Part shown: piece by piece, positions 1 through 10,049 of the stretch
How the letters are laid out: each line of letters begins with the position of its first letter
How positions within the stretch are numbered: position 1 is the first letter of the stretch
DNA from: a virus
Taxonomy: Duplodnaviria > Caudoviricetes
Strand: one strand, 5' to 3'
DNA: 64,000 nucleotides
IMG/VR virus record: IMGVR_UViG_3300030943_000011
Location: 1,739 to 65,738 of that record
The notes under the pieces: generated by a model
The model's database searches: none
Seen by the model: only the letters and a program-made list of their open reading frames with translations
Told to the model about the DNA's origin: nothing
Translations under genes and position numbers: made by a program

Positions 1-72
1 AGGATAGTAAGATCGCTTTCTTCCTGTTTAAAAAGGTAAAAACCACCGACAACGCAATTAAAAACCGATAAA

Positions 73-525
73 ATGCAAGTTAATAAATCATCAAATGAAA
101 ATAGAGATATTCAACTGGCAAAGCATTTATCATTGCATACCAATGAATTTCTTTCAAAATATAAATTGTTTGATCTAAACAATTTGAGACTTTATCTTCA
201 AAAAAGCAATTGCTGTTATTATACAAGGGTAGCTTCATTTTTAAAAGAGAACGATAAAATTAAATTCTCAAAAAAAGGCGGTAATGGAATAGACAATAGA
301 TATTCTGATTTATACATGAAAATTGATGCTGAGCCAATTCATTACAGAGTTTTTCTTGAATTAATTTTTCAATACAGAAAAAGTGTTTCCAATTATAAAA
401 AGAACAAGTTTTTGCCAGTAGAAATTGAACCTCTAGAATTACAAGATATATCAGATAAGCAGATTGCAGATGAATTAAGGCGCAGAGGATATATAGTCAC
501 CGCATCAAAAACCATTGAACTTTAA
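73..525 (+). CDS. Hypothetical phage protein
   Basis: 150-aa ORF with A-rich leader, co-oriented with primase; no motif recognised. Confidence 0.6.
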   Translation: MQVNKSSNENRDIQLAKHLSLHTNEFLSKYKLFDLNNLRLYLQKSNCCYYTRVASFLKENDKIKFSKKGGNGIDNRYSDLYMKIDAEPIHYRVFLELIFQYRKSVSNYKKNKFLPVEIEPLELQDISDKQIADELRRRGYIVTASKTIEL

Positions 526-579
526 TCAACGCCTTGTAACGCGAAACCCGTAACTCATAATCAACAATAATCAACACTA

Positions 580-3500
580 ATGATCCCACAAGATACTATC
601 CAGAAAGTACTGTCAGCCGCCAATATTACCGAAGTGGTTTCCGAATTTGTGAACCTGAAGAAGAAAGGCGTGAATTACCTGGGCGTTTGCCCTTTTCATA
701 ACGAGAAAACCCCCTCGATGATCGTCAGCCCGGCCAAGGGTATTTTTAAATGTTTTGGCTGCGGAAAGGCAGGTAATGCCATCAGCTTTGTGATGGAGCA
801 CGAAGCAATGACTTATCCTGAAGCCATTGAATACGTGGCTAAAAAATATCATGTCGAAATTCCGAAGGTTGAAATGACCGCAGATGAACTCCAGAAGCGG
901 AGTGAGCGCGATACGATGTTTACAATGAACCGTGTAGCAGCTACCTTTTATGCTGACAACCTGAAGAACCACGGACAGGCTATTAATTATCTGAAAGACC
1001 GTGATTTTGATCTGGTGGATCTGGCGAAATTCGAATTGGGAAGTATTGCCACTGCCTGGGGCGGCTTGCTGGAATACATGAGTTCGCTGGGATATAATCC
1101 GCAGCAATTGCATAAGGCCGGTCTGCTTAGCAAGGCAGAAAGCGGTAAGTACTTCGACCGGTTCCGCGACCGGGTGATGTTCCCGTATTTCGATCTGATG
1201 GGGCATGTAGTTGGCTTTACCGGACGTATACTCGACCCGAACCCGGGTAAAAACGACTCCAAATACCTCAATTCTCCGGAAACTGAATTGTTCCATAAGG
1301 GCCGGTTATTGTATGGTTTATTTCAGGCCAAAGCGGCCATTGTGAAAGAGGGAAAAGCTTACCTGGTTGAAGGCAATACCGATGTAATCCGTTTCCACAA
1401 ACAAGGACTTACCAATACCATTTGTACTTCAGGAACCGCTTTAACGGTTGAACATGCCCGATTGATCCGCCGATTTACAAGCAACCTAACCATTCTATTC
1501 GATGGCGATGGCGCAGGCTTGAAAGCAGCTGTTAAAGGCATCGATATTTGTATTGCCGAAGGCCTGAATGTGTATGTGGCCTTGCTTCCAACAGGCGAAG
1601 ATCCGGATACGTTTGCCAAAGGTAAAAGCCGCGACGAGCTGTATCGATGGATTGAAGATAACGAGAAAGATTTCATTTTGCTGATGTGCGATTTGGCTGC
1701 AAAAGACATTGAGCAAAAACCTGCCGAAAAAGGAAAGCTGATCAACGAACTGCTTGACATTGTAAAGAAAGTTCCGGATCTGATTACCCGCGAAACTTAT
1801 TTTTCTGAAGTGGCCAACAAATTCAGCCTCGACCGCAAAAAAGTTGAAGCCGGAGTATTCAAGGAAGAGAAGGCTGACGAGCTGTTTGGAATGATCGTGA
1901 ACGAAACGGCCATTCGCGAAAAGGACCAGGTATTTATTTACACCTCAAAAGAAACGGCATTTGCCAATACCGGCTCGGATCTTGAAACAAATTCGATAGT
2001 TATCTCCGGATTATTGACCGCCGTACAGATCGGAAAGCTTTCAGGTATAACTAAGAATTTAGTTTTTGCCGAAGAGTTTGACTACGAACATTCTGCATCA
2101 TGCCGGGCAGGGATGGAAGTATCTCCTGAAGAACTTATTAAAATTCAGCGTCAGGTCAAGCAAATGAAATTTCTGGCCGAGAACGGATTTGCAGTTTCGT
2201 TAAATTGTGGTGACCGATATGGAAATGATCAGGAATATGTATCGTTTTCGACCTTTTATTTTGACTATCTGGCCGAAAGTATCAAACCATATGATCCGGA
2301 TTCGAAGAAAGAAGCGGTAGAAGCAGCTGCCGAATTCCTGAGTAAGCTCGACAACACGACTATATCAATTAAAACAGCAGAGATTGCCAAGCGTTTTGGC
2401 CTGTCGAAAGCCGATTTTGCGCAGGTGCTGAAACCCTTCCTGAGTAAGGTAAAAAATAAGGTGCAGCAGCGTAACGAGGAAATAATGATCGATGATGAGC
2501 ATTATGTTTTTTCGATCGAGAAACTTCCCGAGTATGTCGATCAGAAGTTCTTTAATAAGTACAACCATTTTGCAGCCCAGAATAAAGACGGCAAAAAGAT
2601 CTTTTATGTGTTTGCCACCGAACATGGCACCCTGACCAAGGTCGGTAACTTCTACATGGAACCCCAGTTTCAGGTATTCTCAGACGATCCGCTTAAGAAT
2701 AAACGAATCTGCAAGCTGAACCATGCCGATTTGCGATCGTCGAAATACGTGGAGATCCCGAGTAACGAAATGATTGAGTTTGGAGCATTTAAAAAGTTCC
2801 TGTTTCGTCAGGGTCCTTACCTGCTCCGGAATGCCAAAGTATTTCATCTGGATACCATTCTCGACTCCATCGCGCTTCAGTTCCCTGTAGCCTACGAACT
2901 AACCATTTTCGGTCAGCAGAACGAAGACTTTTATACATTTAGCAATGCCGCGCTGATCGATGGGAATATTAAGTACATGGACGAGCTGGGACTGATCGAG
3001 CATGAGAACACCACCTTTTATTCGCCCTCGATATCAATTATTTATAAGGACGTCAGGAAAGATGAAGATCAGTTTGCCCTCGACCGTTTCTTTATTTACC
3101 GCGAAAACAAAAACGTACATTTCAAGGAATGGGCTGCCCTGGTACGCGAAGTGTATAAATACAACGATAACGGCTGCTGGACGGTACTCATGGCCATTAT
3201 GTGCGCCTTCCGGAGCGACATATTTAAGATTGACAGGCTATTCACCACCTTGTTTTTTATCGGCCCTACAGAGTGCGGAAAATCGCAATTGGCACAATCG
3301 ATACGAGCATTATACATTCATCCTGATGCGCCAATGTTTAACCTGAATTCCGGAACTGATGCCGCATTTTTCACCATGCTCCAGCGTTACCGCGATGCAC
3401 CGGTAGTGATGGAAGAGTATAACGATCAGCAGATATCGGATATTAAATTTCAGGGTTTGAAAGCCAGTATCTATGATGGTGAAGGTAAAACCAAGCGGCA

Positions 3501-4515
3501 AGGCGCACAGGGAACAGCGCTCGACGTTAGCCAGGTGAATGCGGTGCCGATATTGTTGGGACAGGAAGCTCCTGAACGTGATGATGCTTCGCTGGCCAAC
3601 CGTTGCGTATTATGCCCGGTACCTAAAAAGGAACTGTGGAGCGACAACGAAGTCGCAAATTTCCAACTCCTTAAACGATGGGAGAAAGAAGGACTTACAG
3701 AGATACTGGTTGAAGTATTGAAATGCAGGCCAATTGTAAGAGATCACTACCAAAACAAGCTGCGCATCGTGCAAAAGGAACTCCGTAAAGATTTGACCGA
3801 CGACCATTCAGTATTTCAAACCCGTGTATTAAATACGGTATCATTGTTTCTGGCCATGGTGAAGTTGTTCGAAGAGCATGTTCCCGGATTGGAATTGCCA
3901 TTCACTTACAAGGAGTTTTATCAGATTGCCCGGAAGAAGCTGATCCACCAGAGCGAAAGCATTACCAGCTCCAACCGTCTGGCCGTGTTCTTCGATACGT
4001 TTGTGCAACTCACCGAAGATACCCGTAACGGACTGATACGTGGTAAGGAATTTAAAATTGAATTGCTCGATGAAATTACCGTACGCGAAGGGCAGAAGAA
4101 CAGCAGCCTGAAGACTTTCGACGATGGGCCAAAGAAAGTATTGTTTGTAAGGCTCGAAGTGATTCACCCGAAATACCGCGACCGTGTGGGTATTCAGGAA
4201 CATTTGAAAATGAACAACCTCCAAAACTATCTGAAAGATCATCCGGCCTATATCGGAGCAGTAAAGCATAGCACATTCACCTGGCAGAACGAACACCGCG
4301 AACTGGCTGACGATAGCAGCGGCAGGGTAATATCTACCATGTTCGAAGAATCGAAACGCACCAGCGCCATTGCATTGGACTACGAGAAGTTGGGTATTGA
4401 TTTGGGTAGTTCAAGTCAGATGGAGGGAGGAAAGCCAGCATCGCCGGAACAACAGGCCGTCAGTTTGCAACTGCAGATGTATCCGAATGGAAAAGGCGAT
4501 GGATTGCCATACTGA
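580..4515 (+). CDS. DnaG-type primase fused to C-terminal P-loop NTPase/helicase-like domain
   Basis: CHC2 zinc finger (CPFHNEKTPS...CFGC), KYLNSPET, Toprim (VEGNTDV, FDGDGAG, DPD), then Walker A GPTECGKS and Walker B VVMEE; 1311 aa. Confidence 0.92.
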   Translation: MIPQDTIQKVLSAANITEVVSEFVNLKKKGVNYLGVCPFHNEKTPSMIVSPAKGIFKCFGCGKAGNAISFVMEHEAMTYPEAIEYVAKKYHVEIPKVEMTADELQKRSERDTMFTMNRVAATFYADNLKNHGQAINYLKDRDFDLVDLAKFELGSIATAWGGLLEYMSSLGYNPQQLHKAGLLSKAESGKYFDRFRDRVMFPYFDLMGHVVGFTGRILDPNPGKNDSKYLNSPETELFHKGRLLYGLFQAKAAIVKEGKAYLVEGNTDVIRFHKQGLTNTICTSGTALTVEHARLIRRFTSNLTILFDGDGAGLKAAVKGIDICIAEGLNVYVALLPTGEDPDTFAKGKSRDELYRWIEDNEKDFILLMCDLAAKDIEQKPAEKGKLINELLDIVKKVPDLITRETYFSEVANKFSLDRKKVEAGVFKEEKADELFGMIVNETAIREKDQVFIYTSKETAFANTGSDLETNSIVISGLLTAVQIGKLSGITKNLVFAEEFDYEHSASCRAGMEVSPEELIKIQRQVKQMKFLAENGFAVSLNCGDRYGNDQEYVSFSTFYFDYLAESIKPYDPDSKKEAVEAAAEFLSKLDNTTISIKTAEIAKRFGLSKADFAQVLKPFLSKVKNKVQQRNEEIMIDDEHYVFSIEKLPEYVDQKFFNKYNHFAAQNKDGKKIFYVFATEHGTLTKVGNFYMEPQFQVFSDDPLKNKRICKLNHADLRSSKYVEIPSNEMIEFGAFKKFLFRQGPYLLRNAKVFHLDTILDSIALQFPVAYELTIFGQQNEDFYTFSNAALIDGNIKYMDELGLIEHENTTFYSPSISIIYKDVRKDEDQFALDRFFIYRENKNVHFKEWAALVREVYKYNDNGCWTVLMAIMCAFRSDIFKIDRLFTTLFFIGPTECGKSQLAQSIRALYIHPDAPMFNLNSGTDAAFFTMLQRYRDAPVVMEEYNDQQISDIKFQGLKASIYDGEGKTKRQGAQGTALDVSQVNAVPILLGQEAPERDDASLANRCVLCPVPKKELWSDNEVANFQLLKRWEKEGLTEILVEVLKCRPIVRDHYQNKLRIVQKELRKDLTDDHSVFQTRVLNTVSLFLAMVKLFEEHVPGLELPFTYKEFYQIARKKLIHQSESITSSNRLAVFFDTFVQLTEDTRNGLIRGKEFKIELLDEITVREGQKNSSLKTFDDGPKKVLFVRLEVIHPKYRDRVGIQEHLKMNNLQNYLKDHPAYIGAVKHSTFTWQNEHRELADDSSGRVISTMFEESKRTSAIALDYEKLGIDLGSSSQMEGGKPASPEQQAVSLQLQMYPNGKGDGLPY

Positions 4516-4597
4516 AGCCGGACATTTTCATAATCAGACCGAAGGAAAACTAAAGGAGAAAAAAATAATAAAAAAAGCAACTGACAGGCAAAAGGGT

Positions 4598-5120
4598 GTT
4601 CCCGCGTTCCCGCGTTCCCGCACCCCGCGCCCCACGCTCTCAAAAAACCAGAGTAAAACGATTTTGCAAAACTCATGCCATTGAAAACCAAGCCGATAAA
4701 GTATGATAATAATGATAAAAAAAGTAATAATCTCTCTCTGTAAGTTGCGGGAACGATGGGTCACGCTGGGTCACGCTCTAAAAATTACTAATTTTTGGGT
4801 CACGCTGGGTCACGGTGGGACGGACGTTTTTAGCCGTGCCCCAACTTTTAATAAAAATAAGGTATTGAAAATTAATGTGTTAATCCGTAGCGGTTAGTCG
4901 TGGGAACGCGGGACGGAGAAATGGCAAAAAAAGGCCTTCTGAAAAAATAATTAATTTTTTTGCTCCAAAAACACCAAAAAACCGCCTACATATCTATTAA
5001 ATTTTAATAATCAATCAATTTTTTGAATCGAACAATATTAAAAAATGTTCAAAAAATTAGAAAAGTGATAAAAAGTAAACTAAAAAACTATTTAACAATT
5101 TTTAAAAACCAATAAATAAC
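4598..5120. promoter_or_regulatory. Putative replication origin (iterons plus AT-rich tract)
   Basis: GTTCCCGC x3 (4598-4621) with inverted copies near 4747 and 4902; TGGGTCACG x4 (4757-4776, 4796-4814); very AT-rich 4940-5120; directly after primase-helicase. Confidence 0.65.
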
Positions 5121-5220
5121 CCATGGGAAAAGAAATAAATTATGATTTTTTGGTAGATGAAATTATGGCTTACCAATTATCGAAGGAGTACAAACTTTTA
5201 AATTCATTAACACAATCGAT

Positions 5221-5499
5221 ATGGAAAAAGAAATCAAAATAGCAGCCAAACTCTACGAATGCAGAGATACTGCCAAACGTTTTTTCCGCGAAGAATATGC
5301 CGAAAGATTGAAGCCTTACATCCACATCATTAAAGAAGTAATGAAAGCCAATCAATTAGATGAACTGGAGGCTATTCTCAGGATCAGTAAAACCGAAACA
5401 TACCAAGAAGACGGAATGGTGCAACTATTGTTTATGGCTGCTGCAGTGGAAATGATGGAACCATCTGAAGAATTTTTAAACCAAACTAAAGATCAATAA
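5221..5499 (+). CDS. Hypothetical phage protein
   Basis: 92-aa ORF in tight operon spacing. Confidence 0.7.
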   Translation: MEKEIKIAAKLYECRDTAKRFFREEYAERLKPYIHIIKEVMKANQLDELEAILRISKTETYQEDGMVQLLFMAAAVEMMEPSEEFLNQTKDQ

Positions 5500-5500
5500 A

Positions 5501-5881
5501 ATGAACACACAATTTGGAGAATCATTAACAGGCGATTTCGAGGAAAGAACCTGGACGTTCGAAATGCCTGAAGACTTTACCGTTAAATCCGGAGAGTTTG
5601 CGATCGTACCAAAAGCTGAATATGAAGCATTGATTGAAAAACCAAGCTTTAACGGCGAATTGATTTTAACGCTGGAGAGCAAACGAGATTGGGTCCGTAA
5701 GGTTCCTAATTATCTTCCGGAAAAAACAAGGGCTGAACGACTGATTTGGCTCGATGCAAATAATAATAGCCTCACCATTGGCGAAGACTTTACATCTGCC
5801 GAAGAAATGAAATCATATCCTGTAAGGGTTTATCGGGTTACCAGAGTTACTGAAGCCGCGGAGAAAGTTAGAAATAAATAA
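5501..5881 (+). CDS. Hypothetical phage protein
   Basis: 126-aa ORF starting 1 bp after previous stop. Confidence 0.7.
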   Translation: MNTQFGESLTGDFEERTWTFEMPEDFTVKSGEFAIVPKAEYEALIEKPSFNGELILTLESKRDWVRKVPNYLPEKTRAERLIWLDANNNSLTIGEDFTSAEEMKSYPVRVYRVTRVTEAAEKVRNK

Positions 5882-5939
5882 CGTTAATTTTTAGACCGAC
5901 AATAGACCTATTTGAAACAAACCTTTTTAAATAAATGAT

Positions 5940-6305
5940 ATGATTAATATTCAAAATGAAGTTCAAAAAATTCATTCACAATTCGGAATGAGCGAAATGG
6001 CACTGTATAAAATACAGTTGTTATGTTATCAGTATGCCAAAGAATCAAAACAATTTAAACCAATTACGGATGAACTTCCACCTTTAGGAGTTGAATGTTT
6101 ATTACAGAACGATAAGTGGATACACTTGGATTTCAACCCAAAAGGTATTCGTATAGGTTATAGATGTGATTTAAGCGGATGGGTATCAGCATATTTTTGC
6201 AGTCAGCATGATTGTTATATGACAAGACAGGCCGATGAAGACAATGATAACTTCGAACTATCGAAAGCCGAAGATCAAATTCCGACACATTGGCGACATT
6301 ATTAA
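5940..6305 (+). CDS. Hypothetical phage protein (DUF551-like ends)
   Basis: PITDELPP near N-terminal half and PTHWR at C-terminus resemble small phage DUF551-type proteins. Confidence 0.55.
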   Translation: MINIQNEVQKIHSQFGMSEMALYKIQLLCYQYAKESKQFKPITDELPPLGVECLLQNDKWIHLDFNPKGIRIGYRCDLSGWVSAYFCSQHDCYMTRQADEDNDNFELSKAEDQIPTHWRHY

Positions 6306-6341
6306 CGTAATTAAAAGGTTAAACTATAGGAAGATAAAAAA

Positions 6342-6477
6342 TAACATCCAAAGCTATACGCAGGGCAGGTTACGAAGCGATTCACTTTCCTGTCCGCCAA
6401 GTAGCTGATACGGGCTGCAAAGCTCGAAACCCGATGCTACCTGACTTGCCGGATAGCTGAAGTTAACTGCCAGGGCT
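6342..6477. repeat. attC-like site 1 (family A, array-distal)
   Basis: TAAC 6342; arms agctatacgcagggcaggt / acctgacttgccggatagct; GTTAACTGCCAGGGCT from 6462; near-identical to site 3. Confidence 0.85.
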
Positions 6478-6608
6478 TCATTTTGTATCAATTGTTACAA
6501 ACAAGTAAAATAATTACGAAATATCGAAAAATAATTGTAAAAAAGCTTGCATGATATTACTATATATCGTATCTTTACTTCATCAAACAATCACAAATAC
6601 AAAACATC

Positions 6609-6902
6609 ATGGCAACTTTAGAAATCGGACAAACAGGAAAATTAGGAAATGAAATTTTAACAGTAGTTTCTATTTCTGAACCAACTTTTAAGTGTGACAA
6701 CGGCAAAATGTACATGATTGCAACTGCAAAATGGATGACTGAAGGAATTGAAATAGCAGCTCCAAAGGCAAAGAAAGCAAGAAAATACAACGCAGCCCCC
6801 GAAGATTATTTAACAGATATGACAAGAGAAGAAGCTGACAGAGCTGAAGCATACATGGCAAATGCAAAATTCAGACAAGCAGGTAGCTCATTAAGAAAAT
6901 AA
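6609..6902 (+). CDS. Cassette 1 hypothetical protein (paralog of 11039-11332)
   Basis: 97 aa, near-identical to second copy. Confidence 0.85.
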   Translation: MATLEIGQTGKLGNEILTVVSISEPTFKCDNGKMYMIATAKWMTEGIEIAAPKAKKARKYNAAPEDYLTDMTREEADRAEAYMANAKFRQAGSSLRK

Positions 6903-6909
6903 TAAAAAT

Positions 6910-8025
6910 ATGAATATAGCTTTAATTGACAATGATCTACTAATGAGAGATAATCATAATTTCCCCAACTTGGCAATTATGAAACTATCTGCATTTCATA
7001 AAAACAAAGGAGATGTCGTAGAAATAGCTACTTTTAATGAAATAAACCCTTTAGCGCTCTTTAAAAAAGAATACGATAAGATTTATATTTCAAAAGCTTT
7101 TACCGAAACACCAACGCCTTCATTTGTTTATAATTTACCAAATGTAAAGATTGGTGGCACTGGATTTTATTTTGATAAAGCAGAACCGTTGCCTTATGAA
7201 ATAGAACACACAAAACCTGATTACGATGCTTATAATTCAGCTTATAGAATTATAAAAGACACAATGTTTTATACTGATTATTCAATTGGCTATACTACTA
7301 GAGGATGCTTTAGACATTGCTTATTTTGTGTAAACATTAATAGTAATAAAGTTAAAGTACACAGTCATATTGATGAGTTTTATGATTCTTCAAGAAAAAA
7401 AATAGTTTTACTGGATGATAATGTTTTAGGATTACCAAACAATGAGCTTTTTAAAATATTTGATAAGTTTCAGGAAATAAATAAACCAATTAATTACAAA
7501 CAAGGACTCGATATCCGCTTGCTTTCAAAAGAACGAATTGATAGGTTATTTAGGTTAAAATATGATGGAGGAAAAGGCGGGTTTACTTATTATTTTGCAT
7601 TTGATTTATGGGAAAATAAATCCAAAATTGAAGAAAATTTAAAAATGTTTTCAGAAATGTATTTTGAAAGAAAGCCTGATGTAAAATGGTAAGAACGAAA
7701 TTGTATTGTTTTTGCGGGTTTAACCCAAATAATGAAAAATCTGAAAACTACTGGTTAACCGATTTGGAAATACTTTTTAAACGATTTGAAATAATATTTA
7801 GATATAAGGCCGCCCCTTATGTAATGAAGCATAAAGATTATAAAGAAAGTCCCTTTTTTTTACGTTTATGATGAAGTTGCAAACTATATTAATTCAATAA
7901 ATGGAACTTGTTTATCTATGAGCTTTAATGAATATTTGGATACAGCTTATAAAAACACAGTCAAAACACGTCAATTTAGAGATAAATACCCACAATTTAA
8001 AATATTATTTAACACTAAATTATAA
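6910..8025 (+). pseudogene. Radical SAM protein, broken by two apparent frameshifts
   Basis: FPNLAIMKLS N-terminus, CxxxCxxC (GCFRHCLFC), LLDDN, QGLDIRL; coding continues in other frames at ~7686 (A4 run) and ~7861 (T8 run) to a stop at 8025. Confidence 0.7.
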
Positions 8026-8030
8026 AAGAA

Positions 8031-8276
8031 ATGAAAACTTACTCATTGATCAAAACAAAGGCTGGCGAACGCAAAGGAACTGAAAATTCAAATTTTATTG
8101 GTGAAAATGAGAATGATCCTAAAATGTTGGCTGAAGTGAAAACTTACCTAACTGAATGGCTGAATAGTTATACAAGCATTTCGGATGAAGAAATTGCCGA
8201 TTTGTTTTCTGCCTTCGCTGGCAGTTTTTCTTATGACGTTTGGAGCTTTGAATTAATCGAAGAAAATGAAAATTAA
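8031..8276 (+). CDS. Cassette 1 hypothetical acidic protein (paralog of 11363-11611)
   Basis: 81 aa, conserved with second copy, overlaps the HTH gene. Confidence 0.8.
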   Translation: MKTYSLIKTKAGERKGTENSNFIGENENDPKMLAEVKTYLTEWLNSYTSISDEEIADLFSAFAGSFSYDVWSFELIEENEN

Positions 8277-8463
8277 CGAAGCTATCAAGGCTGCAAGAAT
8301 TGAGCAAAATATAACTCAAAAAGAACTTGCCGAAAAAATTGAAGTTCGCAAAGCCACAATTTCAGAGTTCGAGAGCGGTAAACATGCTCTCGGCTCTGAC
8401 AAACTCGAAGCGATAATGAACGCTTTAAATCTGACATTTTCAAAATACACGGACGCAGATTAG
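8266..8463 (+). CDS. XRE-family HTH regulator (cassette 1)
   Basis: IKAARIEQNITQKELAEKIEVRKATISEFESGK is a classical HTH_3 pattern. Confidence 0.9.
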   Translation: MKINEAIKAARIEQNITQKELAEKIEVRKATISEFESGKHALGSDKLEAIMNALNLTFSKYTDAD

Positions 8464-8609
8464 CCTTGCAGTTAACGCTCCCGCCAATACACGCAGTTGG
8501 GGATTTGAAAGATAATTTGTCAAACATAAATAAAACTTAAAAAATGAATGAACAAACGAAAACCACCGAAACCCCAATTGACGGGTATTTGGCTGTTATA
8601 ACCAGTTTT
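8462..8609. repeat. attC-like site 2 (family B, holds start codon of next gene)
   Basis: AGCCTTGCAGTTAAC 8462-8476; arms gccaatacacgcagttgggg / ccccaattgacgggtatttggc; GTTATAACCAGTTTT 8595-8609. Confidence 0.85.
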
Positions 8610-8801
8610 TCAGCCTGTCCACATTGCGGAAGCACGTATGGTTATTATAGCCGAGTCAAAATATCTGGCACGGTTGATTATCAATGTGATTTTAACGGCA
8701 ATGGCGAAAATACCAATATCGCAGATGGTTTTAATTACACAACAATCAGCAAAACTTACAGATGTATCGAGTGTCGAAAGATAATCTGTCAGATACATTA
8801 A
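8544..8801 (+). CDS. Cassette 2 zinc-ribbon protein
   Basis: CPHC...CIEC; ATG lies in loop of site 2, stop abuts site 3. Confidence 0.7.
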   Translation: MNEQTKTTETPIDGYLAVITSFSACPHCGSTYGYYSRVKISGTVDYQCDFNGNGENTNIADGFNYTTISKTYRCIECRKIICQIH

Positions 8802-8946
8802 AATTGGTTATAACGGTGGAAGCTATACGCAGGGCAGGATGCGAAGCGATTCACTTTCCTGTCCGAGAACTGGCTGATACGGGCTGCAACGCTCGAAAAC
8901 TACGGCTGCCTGACTTGCCGGATAGCTGAAGTTAGCAACTAGGCGT
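8800..8946. repeat. attC-like site 3 (family A)
   Basis: AAAATTGGTTATAAC 8800-8814; arms agctatacgcagggcagg / cctgacttgccggatagct; GTTAGCAACTAGGCGT 8931-8946. Confidence 0.87.
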
Positions 8947-8972
8947 TCATTCATCAACTTAAATCTAAAAAT

Positions 8973-9554
8973 ATGCCTTGGTACGATTTAAACGAAAAAG
9001 TAGAAACGAAAAAGGATTATTTGCAAAGAGTCAAATATGATGAGATTATTTGCAAGAAAACTAAAAATTTCATTGACATTATTGGAGATGATTTATCCCC
9101 AAATGTTCAATATCGAATGGTAACGGAACAATCTTTTAATGCAATAGTCGTAATTGAATATTTGCTTAAAAGATATGAGTTAGTTGAGATTTATATTGCT
9201 GTTTACCGAATGAATCAATTGTCAGTCAACAAACTAAAATCAATCATTGATGCCGGAAATATTAAATGTTCGATTTTGATTTCTTCGTTTTTTCGTGAAA
9301 ACAAACGATATGAACGCTGGGCCGAAGAACTGATTATGTATGCCGAAAAAAGAGAAAATGTAGAAGTTTCTTTTGCTGTAAATCACGCGAAAGTTTTTAT
9401 TGCAAAAACAAAGGATTTGAAATTTATAGTTTTTGAAGGGAGCGGAAATTTATCCGATAATGCCAGGATAGAGCAATATTTGATTGAGGATAATGAAACA
9501 ACATACAATTTTCATAAAGAATGGATTACTAACACTTTAAATTTAAAAAAATGA
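8973..9554 (+). CDS. Cassette 3 phospholipase D-superfamily (HKD-like nuclease) protein
   Basis: NHAKVFI...EGSGNLSDN...EQ fits HxK...GSxN; homologous to 21101-21697. Confidence 0.7.
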   Translation: MPWYDLNEKVETKKDYLQRVKYDEIICKKTKNFIDIIGDDLSPNVQYRMVTEQSFNAIVVIEYLLKRYELVEIYIAVYRMNQLSVNKLKSIIDAGNIKCSILISSFFRENKRYERWAEELIMYAEKRENVEVSFAVNHAKVFIAKTKDLKFIVFEGSGNLSDNARIEQYLIEDNETTYNFHKEWITNTLNLKK

Positions 9555-9865
9555 AAATCGAAAAAGAAAACGAAGAGCAGATTATCAATTTCGGAGTATT
9601 TACATATGATGCTTTGAAAATGGCCAATATTCTAAATCTTGAAGAAGCTGAAATTGCAAATGAAATGAGAGATAAAACATCTGATTTTTATAAGCTATAT
9701 CAAAAAGGCTGCGATATGGCAGACTATGTAATTGATTTAAAATTATTCGAAATGGCAAAGTCTGGCGATATAAAAGCTCTTGACAAATTAGATGATCGAA
9801 AAGAGATTCGAAATGCAGAAACAAGAGAAAGATTTAAAGAAATAGCAAGACAGAAAAGAGAATAA
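9551..9865 (+). CDS. Cassette 3 small helical protein (paralog of 21666-21956)
   Basis: 4-bp overlap with PLD-like gene; shares NEEQ..., MA.x.L.L.E, YxKG..., A..G pattern with 21666. Confidence 0.7.
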   Translation: MKIEKENEEQIINFGVFTYDALKMANILNLEEAEIANEMRDKTSDFYKLYQKGCDMADYVIDLKLFEMAKSGDIKALDKLDDRKEIRNAETRERFKEIARQKRE

Positions 9866-9903
9866 AATTCAAGAAGATAAAGATCACCATCAACGAAGCA
9901 CTT

Positions 9904-10049
9904 ACGCTTGTTGCTAACGGTGTAGCATACACGAAGTTGGGGAATAGAAAGTAATAACCTGTCAAATTTAACGAATGAAAATAGATACAGATACAGTAAC
10001 AACCTGCACCGATACCCCAATTGCGGGTATGCGAAGTTATGCACAGCTT
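9904..10049. repeat. attC-like site 4 (family B, holds start codon of methyltransferase)
   Basis: ACGCTTGTTGCTAAC 9904-9918; arms gcatacacgaagttgggg / ccccaattgcgggtatgc; GTTATGCACAGCTT 10036-10049. Confidence 0.87.

Noticed and set aside
1-525. DGR reverse transcriptase wrapping to window start
   Set aside because: No RT motifs (YxDD) recognised in 73-525 or elsewhere in the ORF track
580-4515. Host chromosomal dnaG marking a prophage boundary
   Set aside because: Fused helicase-like domain, adjacent iterons and phage neighbours indicate a phage replication gene
613-4897. Antisense and off-frame ORFs within or after the primase gene
   Set aside because: Shadow ORFs without motifs; those at 4370-4897 run across origin-like repeats
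5221-6305. Further cassettes upstream of site 1
   Set aside because: TAACGT occurs at gene ends (5879, 6303) but no hairpin arms or complementary end pairs were found
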